DNA of 52,684 bases from a virus. The notes beneath the pieces were generated by a model that saw only the letters and a program-made list of their open reading frames with translations, did not search any database and was not told where the DNA came from. A program made the translations under genes and the position numbers. Positions 7,763 through 17,731 of the stretch are shown piece after piece. Each line of letters starts with the position of its first letter. The stretch's first letter is position 1. Location of the stretch: positions 1 to 52,684 of the IMG/VR virus record IMGVR_UViG_3300044455_000043; one strand, written 5' to 3'.

Positions 7763-9322
7763 ATGGCTGAACCAACTTATTTCGGAGGACTGGTGAACCC
7801 GAATCTATTCGGGAACCAGTCGAACCGTGATTGGTGGCAGCGACCAAGGGACACTTCAAATCGTCCACACTCAGCAATGGACTTCGGCGCTTCCTCTGGG
7901 GGATCAGGACGGGAAGCTCGCGTTGCTACCGTCAATCGCCCGCGTCCAGCACAATTCGATGATCTTAGCGGGGACTTCCCACCGATTGGCTTCTCGGGAG
8001 GAGGAACATCTGGCGTTGATTACCGCGACTCGATCGGCGGGCCGACACTTGGACCGAGTATCAGTCCAAACGTTCTGCCGGTTCAAAACCGACCCCACGC
8101 CGCGATGGATTTCGGGCCCGAGGCATCCGGCAGTGCAGTTGTGTCGCCACGCACGGCTTTTGGCGGCGAAGCTCTGGCATCCGGCAACAGCCTTGGACTC
8201 CCAACCAATCCCGGCTTGGACACTGGCCCCGACTTGTTCGGGAACAACCGCGCGATCAACGCGTTCGATGAATGGTGGAGAACGGGCGAACGCACTGCAC
8301 CGTCTCTCACGGTCAACCCCGGCGAATCGTCCAATACTGGCGGGAGCATCTGGGAGGGGTCTGACACGCTCGGCAGCTTTGTTGGCGATACGTCGATCGG
8401 GCGCGATCTCAGCGCGGACCTCGCCTCTCTTGGCTACGGTGAAGGCTATCCAGAAACGCTGCCAGCTACCGACCCCAACCTGATCGTCGGGAACGGCGAT
8501 CCGACTGGCATCCCTGTCGAACCAGACCCGCTCAACCAGAACCCCGATACTGAGTGGACGACTTCACCGGAAGAGAGACGCTTTCTGCCAACGCCAGAGG
8601 ATACGACGACGCCAGACCCCGCCGCGGAGCGCACGGCCGTCAGCGGCCTCGACCTGCGCACATTCGGTGCGCCATCGAACAATATGTCTCTCGGAGCGTT
8701 CCTGAACGCTTCGCTTGGTTCGATGCGGTTCGGAGAAAGCTATCCAAACATCCGAGGCGACGGATTGATGACCGGGGTTGTGACCGCCGGAGGTCAAGTG
8801 GATATGTGGGGCAACCAAATCGACGACGTTGGCGGTAGGTGGGTTTCCGGTCCCACTGGAGATACATGGGTCGAGGATTCGCCGGGGAGCACTCGATCTA
8901 CCGCAGGCGGTCAACCTTCTTCAACTGGAACTTCAACTGGAACCAGCCCGTCGGTCGGTTATTACGATTGGGGTTCTGGTGGAGTAAGAGCACTGCACGG
9001 CACCGCTACGGCGCGCGATCCAAATCCTAATCAGCGAGACGGTAGGGGGCCGAGCGGCCTGTCCGAGTTTGCCAACTTTCATATGTGGTTCGCTGGTCTC
9101 CCCGGCACTCCCAACAATACCGGCACCAACAGCGAAAACGAGCGGACGCTATTTCCAGGCCAGATCGGGCGTCTCAACGAGTTTGGCGAGTACGAGCAGA
9201 CTGGCTCTTTCCCGACTGGTTTTCGCACCACAGAGACAGAGGGCAATCGGAATGTGAGAAGGTCACTCATTTACGGCTCTGGCGCTCGGGCCGGCGTCGG
9301 CGGCAGAGGGAGGGGCGGCTGA
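7763..9322 (+). CDS. Low-complexity G/P/S/T/N-rich virion-module protein, 519 aa.
   Basis: No long hydrophobic or helical runs. Duplicated NRPH(S/A)AMDFG motif at 7859-7888 and 8087-8116. RGG-rich C-terminus. Confidence 0.5.
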   Translation: MAEPTYFGGLVNPNLFGNQSNRDWWQRPRDTSNRPHSAMDFGASSGGSGREARVATVNRPRPAQFDDLSGDFPPIGFSGGGTSGVDYRDSIGGPTLGPSISPNVLPVQNRPHAAMDFGPEASGSAVVSPRTAFGGEALASGNSLGLPTNPGLDTGPDLFGNNRAINAFDEWWRTGERTAPSLTVNPGESSNTGGSIWEGSDTLGSFVGDTSIGRDLSADLASLGYGEGYPETLPATDPNLIVGNGDPTGIPVEPDPLNQNPDTEWTTSPEERRFLPTPEDTTTPDPAAERTAVSGLDLRTFGAPSNNMSLGAFLNASLGSMRFGESYPNIRGDGLMTGVVTAGGQVDMWGNQIDDVGGRWVSGPTGDTWVEDSPGSTRSTAGGQPSSTGTSTGTSPSVGYYDWGSGGVRALHGTATARDPNPNQRDGRGPSGLSEFANFHMWFAGLPGTPNNTGTNSENERTLFPGQIGRLNEFGEYEQTGSFPTGFRTTETEGNRNVRRSLIYGSGARAGVGGRGRGG

Positions 9323-11103
9323 TGCCAGCGCAAGAGAGACTGATTCGGGATGGGTGGAAAAGCCTGGCTGGTGGCGCCGACGCTGGACGCCGGCCGAGCG
9401 AGATCGGGAAGAACCAGTACGAACGCGGCAACAACCTTGTTTGCCGCGGCGGAATCGGCGCCGAGGTGCGCCCGCCCATCCGCGCGCACGAGTTGAATTT
9501 CTCTCGGCGCAACATGACCTATCTCGCCAACGGACAATTCAGCACGGTCGATGGTGTTCCAGATCAGTCAGTTACGAATTTTCACGACGAAACTTTGCAG
9601 TGCGCCAGCTATTTTGCTCCACGTGGAACAAAAGCGTCGATCATGGCGGTTGTCGGCGGGCGGCTCTACCAGCTTACGCCGAAAAAGTCTCGTGGCGTGG
9701 ACATTACGGAGATCGAACTGCCATACCGCAACCGAAAGGCGATCCCGCTGGCCTTCATGTATCAGGCTGACAGGTTCCACATCACGCAGGACGGCGAATC
9801 CAAGCCGATCATCTTCGACGGCGTGGCAGCGCGCAGGGCGACGGAAGGTCAGATTCCGGTCGGGACCATCGGGGAATACGGCCAGGGGCGCATTTGCCAG
9901 GTGGTCAACGGGCGCGAGATTGCGTTTGGCGATCTGTTCGGGAGTCACGACGGCCGAGAAGGCAAAAAGGTCTTCACCGATCCAGGCGAGTCGGTCTTGG
10001 AATTTAGCGAGACGACGTATTTGAACGAAGGTTTCAACGCCTCGATTGCGTTCACGCTTGGGCCGATCACCGGCCTCCGGTTCGCGCCACAGCAAGACTC
10101 AGCCGTTGGTGACGGCGAACTATTGGCTTTCTCTGAAAACGGCATCTCGAGCTTTTTTCTGTCGCAGCCTCGGGAGTTCTGGAAGGACTCGGCGTTCCAA
10201 CGCATCACCGCGGAGGGTAGCGGTGGCCGAAGCCACGACATGATTGTGACGGTGAACGGGGATCTCTGGTATCGGAGCGACGACGGCGCGCGCACGTATC
10301 GGCAGGCGCGCGCGGAGATTCAGGGCTGGGCTCATCTGCCGCTCAGCACGGAAGTCAGACCGTGGATGATGTCCGACACGCCGCAACTGCTCAAATACGG
10401 GAGCGCAATCCTGTTCAACAACCGGCTGATTATGACGTGTAGCCCAAGGACCAATCAGGGTCGGGTTTACCACAAAGGGCTGATCTCTCTCGATTTTGAT
10501 GTGCTTTCGACCTTTGGGCAGGCGACCAAGCCGGCGTGGGACGGGCATTGGGACGGGCTGAAATTTGTTCGGCTTGTCACCGGCAAGTTCGACGGCGTGA
10601 ATCGCGCCTTTGCTTTTGCGATCGACTCTCAAGGCAGAAATCAGATTTACGAGCTAATGCCGGAACCAGGCGGGGAAGATTCAAGCGGGCCGATTTCTTG
10701 GCAGCTCGACATGCGCTCGATGGATTTCGAGACGCCGTTCAACGAGAAGCGGATTCAAGGCGCAGATTTGTGGGTAGATAACGTGACCACCGAGGTCGTC
10801 ATTTACGCGAAGTATAAATCCGATCAGGAACCGGACTGGCAGGACTGGCAGACTTTGAACGTTATCGAGCCCGTCGGCGAATGCCAGGCGGTAGATTGCG
10901 GCGGGGTGCCGACGATCAAGAAAGGCTACTTCCCTCGTCGGACTTTGCAGACGCCGCCGGATTCGTGCAACGAACAGACGCGACGAATGGGACGGCGCTG
11001 CTTTGAATTTCAGACGCAACTCTACGGAACTGGTCATTGTGTCTTGAACCGCTATCGCTTAAATGCTGTCATGGTCGATGAAGACGAAAGGGCAAACTGC
11101 TAA
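9322..11103 (+). CDS. Large tail structural protein, 593 aa (nozzle or tubular candidate).
   Basis: ATG 9322 overlaps the upstream stop (TGATG). The tracked start at 9085 lies inside the previous gene. Beta-rich sequence with a Cys-rich C-terminus. Function is assigned from position only. Confidence 0.45.
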   Translation: MPAQERLIRDGWKSLAGGADAGRRPSEIGKNQYERGNNLVCRGGIGAEVRPPIRAHELNFSRRNMTYLANGQFSTVDGVPDQSVTNFHDETLQCASYFAPRGTKASIMAVVGGRLYQLTPKKSRGVDITEIELPYRNRKAIPLAFMYQADRFHITQDGESKPIIFDGVAARRATEGQIPVGTIGEYGQGRICQVVNGREIAFGDLFGSHDGREGKKVFTDPGESVLEFSETTYLNEGFNASIAFTLGPITGLRFAPQQDSAVGDGELLAFSENGISSFFLSQPREFWKDSAFQRITAEGSGGRSHDMIVTVNGDLWYRSDDGARTYRQARAEIQGWAHLPLSTEVRPWMMSDTPQLLKYGSAILFNNRLIMTCSPRTNQGRVYHKGLISLDFDVLSTFGQATKPAWDGHWDGLKFVRLVTGKFDGVNRAFAFAIDSQGRNQIYELMPEPGGEDSSGPISWQLDMRSMDFETPFNEKRIQGADLWVDNVTTEVVIYAKYKSDQEPDWQDWQTLNVIEPVGECQAVDCGGVPTIKKGYFPRRTLQTPPDSCNEQTRRMGRRCFEFQTQLYGTGHCVLNRYRLNAVMVDEDERANC

Positions 11104-11834
11104 TGGCCATTGATGTCGAGATTTCCTTTGCCACTCCCGCACCAGAGGATTGCCCAACGACGTTTACCGAAAACGTCGAACTGTTGAACGAACTGGTCAG
11201 CGGCTCAATCGTTGCGAACATCACGCCGTACGTTCGCCAAGCCGCGACTCCCGGCGTCGATCAGCAAAACCTTGTCTGGCACAAGATCGACGTGGATGGG
11301 CGCCCGATTGGGACGTTTCACTTTTACAGCGGTTCATGGCGCCGCGAGTACTCGGGCCGGCAGGATGAGATTCGCTATTACATGGGCGACCCAGCGATTC
11401 ATTTCGAGAGCAACGGTCGCGGGATTGTCGGCGGTGAATGGGACGGATTCGCTCTTTGCAACGGCAACAACGGCACGCCGAATCTCTCGGACAAGTTCAT
11501 TGTGGGCGCGAAGATGGATGATCTCGGCGTCGGCTATCCGACGAACGGGCCGTGGAAAACGAACGTCTCGGGATCAGCGGAATCGACCGGCGGCGTTAAC
11601 GAAATCACGCTGACGGACGACACGACTTATCGGCCAGCGAAACCTGCGGTCGAACTCTTCCGACGAACGGCAGATGGCGAGACTCCCGATGCAGCGGGCG
11701 GTCTATTCGGATTTGGACCGGACGGGGCGAGCGAGATTATTGCGGCTGATCCAGGCAACGAAACGCCAGACGCTATTCCTACACTGCCTCCGTTTTACGC
11801 GCTCGCGATCACAAAATGGATCGGCTACATCTGA
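11103..11834 (+). CDS. Tail protein with a tail-collar-like motif, 243 aa.
   Basis: WDGFALCNGNNGTPNLSDKFIVGA resembles the phage tail collar signature (W..CDG....PdLr.rF..G). Confidence 0.5.
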   Translation: MAIDVEISFATPAPEDCPTTFTENVELLNELVSGSIVANITPYVRQAATPGVDQQNLVWHKIDVDGRPIGTFHFYSGSWRREYSGRQDEIRYYMGDPAIHFESNGRGIVGGEWDGFALCNGNNGTPNLSDKFIVGAKMDDLGVGYPTNGPWKTNVSGSAESTGGVNEITLTDDTTYRPAKPAVELFRRTADGETPDAAGGLFGFGPDGASEIIAADPGNETPDAIPTLPPFYALAITKWIGYI

Positions 11835-11836
11835 AC

Positions 11837-12100
11837 ATGAAGGCACCGAAGAACTCATTCAGAAACTTGACACTCAAGCCGGCTGTACAGAGTTTCTCCG
11901 CAACGGATGAGACGCCGGCTGGTGCGATTGACGGAAGCAACAAATTTTTCACGACCATCAAATCCTTCTCGAAAATCCTTGTCTATTATAACGGGCAACG
12001 GCTTTGCACGGCGGAAGATTTTACTATCATCGGCCCGAACTCATTCAGACTTCTAACGCCTCCCCACCCTGGAGAAAAACTCAGGGTGGATACCTGGTAG
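11837..12100 (+). CDS. Small Ig-like/beta-sandwich protein, 87 aa.
   Basis: The pattern GAIDGSNKFFT...VYYNGQRL...DFTI...LRVDTW matches the C-terminal domain of the next fibre (SNKIFT...VFLNGQLL...DYVY...IRVYGAY). Confidence 0.45.
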   Translation: MKAPKNSFRNLTLKPAVQSFSATDETPAGAIDGSNKFFTTIKSFSKILVYYNGQRLCTAEDFTIIGPNSFRLLTPPHPGEKLRVDTW

Positions 12101-12109
12101 CAATTTAAC

Positions 12110-13153
12110 ATGGCAGCAACAAAAATTTGGGGTAGTCGGCAGATCGCCGCGGCAAGTCTCACCAACACTGAGCAAGCCTTCGGCACACCTTCGTCCGCCA
12201 GTGATGTGGCGACCAAAGGATACGTTGACTCAGTAGCACAAGGTTTATCAGCCAAACCTTCTGCTGTCGCAGGAACAACCACGGCATTGTCCCCGACGAA
12301 CACTTATTCGTCTGGTGTTCTGACCGCTACCGGCGTTGGTACGTTGACGGTTGACGGCATACTAACAGCACTGAACGACTACATCCTGGTCAAGAACGAA
12401 GCATCAGGATTGAAGAACGGTTTGTACAAAGTCACCACCGCGGGCACTGCGGGCGTGCCTTACGTCCTTACCCGTGCGGTTGAAATGGATATCTCTGCCG
12501 AGTTCACAGGAGCATTTGTCTTTGTGGAAGGCGGGACCGTCAACGAAGGCAGCGGCTGGATTCAAACTTCCGCGGCACCTACGGTTGGAACTACCGCGAT
12601 TGTGTTCGTCCAGTTCTCGGGCGCTGGGTCAATCACTGCTGGCAACGGTTTGTCCAAGTCGGGCAATACCCTGTCGATTGACACTGCCATCACTGCGGAT
12701 CTCACAACGGTGCAGACGCTGGCAAACAAGAACTTTAGTTCTCCGTTCTCCATTGATACTTTTTCCGTGACTTTGGGGGGCGCTGTTGACTTTGGTAGTG
12801 ATGTTACCCTAGATGGCGTTTTCACTACGATCGGAGCCTCTGATCTTGTATTGCGCACGGCTGTTGGTGGCACGGATGTTACTTTCCCTTCTAGCGGTAC
12901 CCTCGCCACCCTTACCGATCTCAAAGCACAAAAGTCAACCGCAGTTTCTGGTACCCAAGACTCCTCAAACAAGATTTTCACAATTGCCAACACCCTGATT
13001 TCCGGCAGCGAGCAAGTGTTCTTGAACGGCCAGCTTCTCATGCCGGGGGCTTCAAATGACTACGTTTACAACGGCACGACCACAATCACCTTCCAAGCTG
13101 GTTTCACCGCTCCGTCCGCTACGGACGTGATCCGCGTTTACGGCGCTTACTAA
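12110..13153 (+). CDS. Tail fibre protein, 347 aa.
   Basis: G/T/S/A-rich beta-type sequence. FPSSGTLATLTDL repeat unit. C-terminal Ig-like domain shared with 11837..12100. Confidence 0.6.
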   Translation: MAATKIWGSRQIAAASLTNTEQAFGTPSSASDVATKGYVDSVAQGLSAKPSAVAGTTTALSPTNTYSSGVLTATGVGTLTVDGILTALNDYILVKNEASGLKNGLYKVTTAGTAGVPYVLTRAVEMDISAEFTGAFVFVEGGTVNEGSGWIQTSAAPTVGTTAIVFVQFSGAGSITAGNGLSKSGNTLSIDTAITADLTTVQTLANKNFSSPFSIDTFSVTLGGAVDFGSDVTLDGVFTTIGASDLVLRTAVGGTDVTFPSSGTLATLTDLKAQKSTAVSGTQDSSNKIFTIANTLISGSEQVFLNGQLLMPGASNDYVYNGTTTITFQAGFTAPSATDVIRVYGAY

Positions 13154-14103
13154 TGGCTGCTACTCAACTCACTGGCAAACAAATCAAGGATACCACGATT
13201 GACATCGTTGATATTAACGCCTCCGGTACGCCCGGGGCCAGTAATTACCTGCGCGGCGATGGGACGTGGAGCGCGTTGGACGCAGATTTGACGAGTTGGG
13301 CTGGTGTCACGCGTGCTTCTGGTTTTGACACGTTTGCGACAACGCCCACTAGCGCAAATCTTGACGCTTTAGTTACCGACGATACGGGTTCAGGTGCGCT
13401 CGTGTTCGCGACCTCTCCAACACTTGTGACTCCAGTGCTGGGCGTAGCGATTGCAACCAGCATGGACGTTGCCGGGGTGGTGCGATCCACCAGCTCTAGC
13501 GTGCCAGCAGCCGGAGCCGGGATAGAGTTAATCTACTCTACCCCTCGCGGATACCTGCAAGCTTACGATAGAACCGGGAGCGCCTACAAAGAGTTTGCGA
13601 TGGAGGCGTCAGCCGCGATTATCAATCCCAACTCCGGCGGCACTGCCGGTGTTGGAGCGTTTGGAGTATCTAACCTTCCAACGAACACATGGCACGTGGT
13701 CGGTACCTCCGGCACGCCGTCCTTGCGCATTGGTTCGACCAATCTGAACTACTATTGGGATTTGGGAAGAGAAAATGCCTCTACCGGAGATTTCGTGCTA
13801 CTCACGCATGAAAACGTTGCGTCCACGGAAGCGATGCGAGTCACAACAACCAAAAATCTCCTGATTGGTGGAGTAACGGCTGCCGGAACTTCTGCCGTGG
13901 GAGTGCTGGGTATAGGGAACAGCACAGTTCCATCAACGTCCCCAGCGGATATGATCCAAATTTTCAGTGTGGACCTGAGCGCGGGTAACGCAACTTTAGG
14001 TCTAAGAACGGAAACCGCCGTAGTCACTGAGTCTGTCGTCAGCGACAGAACGCTCAGCGTGAAAATCAACGGAACGACTTACAAAATTTGTCTGAAAGCT
14101 TGA
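13153..14103 (+). CDS. Tail fibre protein, 316 aa.
   Basis: NYLRGDGTWSAL is a fibre N-terminal signature. TAATG coupling to the previous fibre gene. Confidence 0.6.
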   Translation: MAATQLTGKQIKDTTIDIVDINASGTPGASNYLRGDGTWSALDADLTSWAGVTRASGFDTFATTPTSANLDALVTDDTGSGALVFATSPTLVTPVLGVAIATSMDVAGVVRSTSSSVPAAGAGIELIYSTPRGYLQAYDRTGSAYKEFAMEASAAIINPNSGGTAGVGAFGVSNLPTNTWHVVGTSGTPSLRIGSTNLNYYWDLGRENASTGDFVLLTHENVASTEAMRVTTTKNLLIGGVTAAGTSAVGVLGIGNSTVPSTSPADMIQIFSVDLSAGNATLGLRTETAVVTESVVSDRTLSVKINGTTYKICLKA

Positions 14104-14104
14104 T

Positions 14105-15850
14105 ATGGCACTAGCCGCAGGAGGATTGCAGTGGGAAGACGTGAAAGCGGAGATCGCGACCGTCGTCGCCAACGGCGTATGCGCCGATGACGCGCGTGTG
14201 CTTCCGCGTTTCAACGAAGCGACCCGCATCCTGCTTAGCAAGCTCGTGCCCGTCGGGGGAATGGCCACGTACGATGTGGTAGCGCAGGGAACAACGTTGC
14301 TCCTACCGAAGCAGATCGAGAACGCAATCGAGGTCGAAGTGCTCAATGATGCGCAAGTGCGCAACCAGGTTGACGTGACGCAAGGCTGGCAGTTGGTAAC
14401 GAACAGCACCTACATCGACCCATCGAATGCGCACGACAGTCCGCTCGTGGATTTGTTTCTCCATCCCGATCCACAAGATCCTTCGATCCGCCGGCGGAAG
14501 TACGATTTCCCCGGTCTTCAATCTGGCGCAACGGTGCGAGTGACGGGCAAAAAGCAATACGTGCCAATCACCGGGGATGACGATTATCTGATTATCCAGA
14601 ACATCCCGGCGGTAAAGCTTGAGATTCTGGCACGCGAATATCTGGAGCGCGGCGCGCAGTACGCGGACGACGCGCGCAAATATCACCAGATGGCCGTCGA
14701 AGATTTGCAGGAAGAAGTGCGAACGCACATGCTCGACCCGACCAATTCAATGAAGCGCAAGGCAGCGTATCAGAAGGATTTGATCGACTTCGCGGAAGGA
14801 ACGCTTGGCCGGACACGCGCTCGCCTTGCGCTTGAATTGCCGGGACTGATGGCAAAAGGCAAATCGGAGATCACGTATCTGGTCAATCGCGCGGTGCAAA
14901 TGCTGGTCGATAACCGGAACCAGCTTGCGATTGCCGGCCGAATCAGCGTTCACGGCACGACCGACGAAATTGCGTATGTGCCGACAAATGTCGCAGCGAC
15001 CGCGCTGCCGTGGGGAGACTTCAATCAGATCCGTCTGATGGCGCAAAGCTTTATGTCGGAGAGCGGAGAACCGCAGGCGCTTGCCGTCGCGGAGGAGTAC
15101 CAGAAAAAGGCGTTTGAATTGCAGCGCGCGCAGTTGATTGAGGCGACCGAGAAAGCAAGGCACGGCGCTTACACGAGCGCGCTCAGCGAGTTTCCAGACG
15201 GGACGCACGGACACGCTGTTGCGCGTTTGGCGCTTGAGATGCCAGGCGGACTCGCGTTGACCGAGACGGAACTAGATCGGCTTGTCGGGACGGCCGAGAA
15301 GCGAATAATGGAGAAGGGCAAGTACAAGGGGACGCTCAAAACACTTTCAGGAACAATTCATGGCGGAGAAATTCTATTTCCAAGAGATGTCGAGGCGGTG
15401 CTGGTCGCGGACATCTGCGGCTATTCCACGGACTTGAGAAACATATTTTTCGAGTATCAACGGAACGGCCCCGGCCACTGCTTCGAGTGCGAAGGCCGCT
15501 TCGTGGATGCCGGTGAGGTCTATTTTGCCGACACCGCAAGCAAGCGGAGGAAATATATCTACCGGGGAAATTGCGAGCAGGACGTGAGTTTCAGTGCGGT
15601 TGCAAAGATTCGGTACGTGGTCAAAGAAAACTGCGATCCTCTCGTTATCAAAAACTTCCCAGCCTTGCTACTCTACGCGCAGGGGATTAAATACGAGCGC
15701 GAGGAGAAATGGAAAGAGGCGCAAGTCGCGCAGGCTGATTCGATCTCGATTCTGGAGGCTGAGTTGCAGGAATATTTGAGTGGCCTCCAGCATTCTCAGA
15801 ACGTGGACACGGAAGCCTTCGGTTTCGCCGGGTTGGGTGAAATGCTATGA
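14105..15850 (+). CDS. Virion protein with internally repeated domains, 581 aa (adaptor or connector candidate).
   Basis: The N- and C-terminal thirds align: RRRKYDFPG...YLIIQNIPAVKLEILAREY versus KRRKYIYRG...PLVIKNFPALLLYAQGIKY. ARLALELPG aligns with ARLALEMPG. Confidence 0.4.
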   Translation: MALAAGGLQWEDVKAEIATVVANGVCADDARVLPRFNEATRILLSKLVPVGGMATYDVVAQGTTLLLPKQIENAIEVEVLNDAQVRNQVDVTQGWQLVTNSTYIDPSNAHDSPLVDLFLHPDPQDPSIRRRKYDFPGLQSGATVRVTGKKQYVPITGDDDYLIIQNIPAVKLEILAREYLERGAQYADDARKYHQMAVEDLQEEVRTHMLDPTNSMKRKAAYQKDLIDFAEGTLGRTRARLALELPGLMAKGKSEITYLVNRAVQMLVDNRNQLAIAGRISVHGTTDEIAYVPTNVAATALPWGDFNQIRLMAQSFMSESGEPQALAVAEEYQKKAFELQRAQLIEATEKARHGAYTSALSEFPDGTHGHAVARLALEMPGGLALTETELDRLVGTAEKRIMEKGKYKGTLKTLSGTIHGGEILFPRDVEAVLVADICGYSTDLRNIFFEYQRNGPGHCFECEGRFVDAGEVYFADTASKRRKYIYRGNCEQDVSFSAVAKIRYVVKENCDPLVIKNFPALLLYAQGIKYEREEKWKEAQVAQADSISILEAELQEYLSGLQHSQNVDTEAFGFAGLGEML

Positions 15851-16680
15851 AAGACGACATTTGTTTCAAGCAGTCGAAGCGGCTGGCACACACTCGCGCG
15901 TTCGTTGTTTTCGATTGGATGGCGAACCTCGCAATCGACTCCGCTGGTGGCGGCGACAAGGTGTTCGGCCGGAAGCCGGGCGTGGCCGAGTTTACGCCAA
16001 CCGATCTCAGCGAGGAGACGCGCCGTGCGACGCGCGGGAACCTCGCAAACATTGGAGATATTCAGGCGTTGCTCGAGCGCATCCTGCCAGGCTACAAAAA
16101 CATCGTCGGGCAGGAAGGTCGGAACATTCAATCGCTCCTCCGCGGTGAAATTCCGCAGGATGTGCAGGACTCGATCAAGCGGACGGCGGCGTTCCGTTCT
16201 CTTCAAGGCGGGTACGGTGGCTCTGGCATGAGCCGTGCGCTGACCGCGCGGGATCTTGGGCGAACGAGTCTCGACTTGATGGACCGCGGCGGAAACGCCG
16301 CTCAGCGTTGGATGGCGACGACGCAAAACTCTGTCGCACCTTTCATCGTCACGACTCCAATGCAGGCCGCGCAGACTGAGCGGAACAATCTTTACAAGCA
16401 GGTAACCGAGCAATTCAAGTTCAACGTGGAAGCAGCGCCAGACCCCGGTGCCGCAGGACTGTTCAACACGATCAGCACGATCGGCAGCACAGCGGCGTCG
16501 TTCGGTTTGAGTTCAATGGGTGGCGCTGGTGGCGGCGCACGGCCAGCCTCCGCTCCGGCAGCAACCACCAACTCAGGCAGCGCCTTGGCGACCGGAGCAG
16601 CGGCGGGCGCCGGCTACATTCCGCAGACGCAATACGCCTACGGGCCGTGGGACCAAGGCTACAGATGGGGGGGCGGATAA
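15847..16680 (+). CDS. Internal-virion-like protein with a Gly/Ala-rich C-terminus, 277 aa.
   Basis: ATGA overlap with the upstream gene. Assigned from its position before the giant protein. Confidence 0.35.
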   Translation: MKDDICFKQSKRLAHTRAFVVFDWMANLAIDSAGGGDKVFGRKPGVAEFTPTDLSEETRRATRGNLANIGDIQALLERILPGYKNIVGQEGRNIQSLLRGEIPQDVQDSIKRTAAFRSLQGGYGGSGMSRALTARDLGRTSLDLMDRGGNAAQRWMATTQNSVAPFIVTTPMQAAQTERNNLYKQVTEQFKFNVEAAPDPGAAGLFNTISTIGSTAASFGLSSMGGAGGGARPASAPAATTNSGSALATGAAAGAGYIPQTQYAYGPWDQGYRWGGG

Positions 16681-17727
16681 ATGGACTTGGTTGCTCCTCT
16701 CATTCCAGACGCGCAGCGGAATCAAGGCCCTGCCTTGTTTCTCCAAGGGCTCGGGCAAGGTTTGCAGGCGTTCACGCGCATGGCCGAGCAACGTCGGCAG
16801 AGCGAATCTGAGATCGCGCGCATGGCGTTGCAGGAACGGCTCGCGACTCAAGAGCATGATTTGCAGGCGCAGCGGTTGGCTCAAAGTTACGAGTTAGACA
16901 ACCGTCGAATTTTGAACGAGGAGGCGCTGATGCCCGCTCGCAAGGCTGAGTTGGAGGCGCGCGCGGATTACCAGACGAATACCCGAGGCGTGATCGCTCG
17001 CAAGGCAACGGCTCAGATCGCGGCGATGAACGACTTCAACCTGCGCGTGGCGAAGTATGGACTGGACGACCCGAATCCGAAAGATCCGGTGAAGTTCTAC
17101 GCGAACGCGCGTCGGCTGAAAGACGAGTTTAGCTGGGCGAACATTCCCGACATCAAGCTGGCGATAAAAGACATCGACATGCGGACGAAGGAGCACACCG
17201 TTCCATTGTTAATAAATCAGCGCACTACCGATGAGGCCGGGAATGTTCTAATTCAACCAATCACCAAGCAAGTTCCGATTGGCGAGGTTATCGAGAATAT
17301 CAAAGACCCGAAGAAATACGACCAGATGATTGATCTCTTGCGTCGAAACGGACTCTTCCCGAAATACATCGACCCGAACATCGACCCAGAGGGGGAGAAG
17401 GCGGAGACGGACAAGGTCAATGCTAGTCCTACAGTAAAAGCGTTACGGGCGGCTATTCAGGCAGAAACGAAAGCGGTTGAATCGGGCGGCGGAACAGATT
17501 TCAGCCGCGGACAACGCCGTGTTCAGCCTGGTGGATTGATGGCCGAACCGGAAGCGACGCCTGCGCCACCGCAGGACATTGACGAATCCGACCTGTTCAG
17601 CTCGATCGGGCAGACCGAGAAGTATCTCGGGTTCGCCAAGGCTGCTCTCGCCAAGGGCGCAGACCCGCGCGCGGTAGCGGCTAAGCTTCAAGGGTTTGGC
17701 GTGGATCCAGCGCAGCTTTGGGCATGA
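16681..17727 (+). CDS. Coiled-coil internal-virion-like protein, 348 aa.
   Basis: Long helical Q/E/R/A-rich N-terminal half. Assigned from position. Confidence 0.35.
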   Translation: MDLVAPLIPDAQRNQGPALFLQGLGQGLQAFTRMAEQRRQSESEIARMALQERLATQEHDLQAQRLAQSYELDNRRILNEEALMPARKAELEARADYQTNTRGVIARKATAQIAAMNDFNLRVAKYGLDDPNPKDPVKFYANARRLKDEFSWANIPDIKLAIKDIDMRTKEHTVPLLINQRTTDEAGNVLIQPITKQVPIGEVIENIKDPKKYDQMIDLLRRNGLFPKYIDPNIDPEGEKAETDKVNASPTVKALRAAIQAETKAVESGGGTDFSRGQRRVQPGGLMAEPEATPAPPQDIDESDLFSSIGQTEKYLGFAKAALAKGADPRAVAAKLQGFGVDPAQLWA

Positions 17728-17731
17728 AGCC

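Noticed and set aside
9085-9321. The upstream extension of the 9322..11103 gene, tracked as a 672-aa ORF.
   Set aside because: The extension lies entirely within the preceding gene in another frame. ATG 9322 forms a TGATG junction with that gene's stop.
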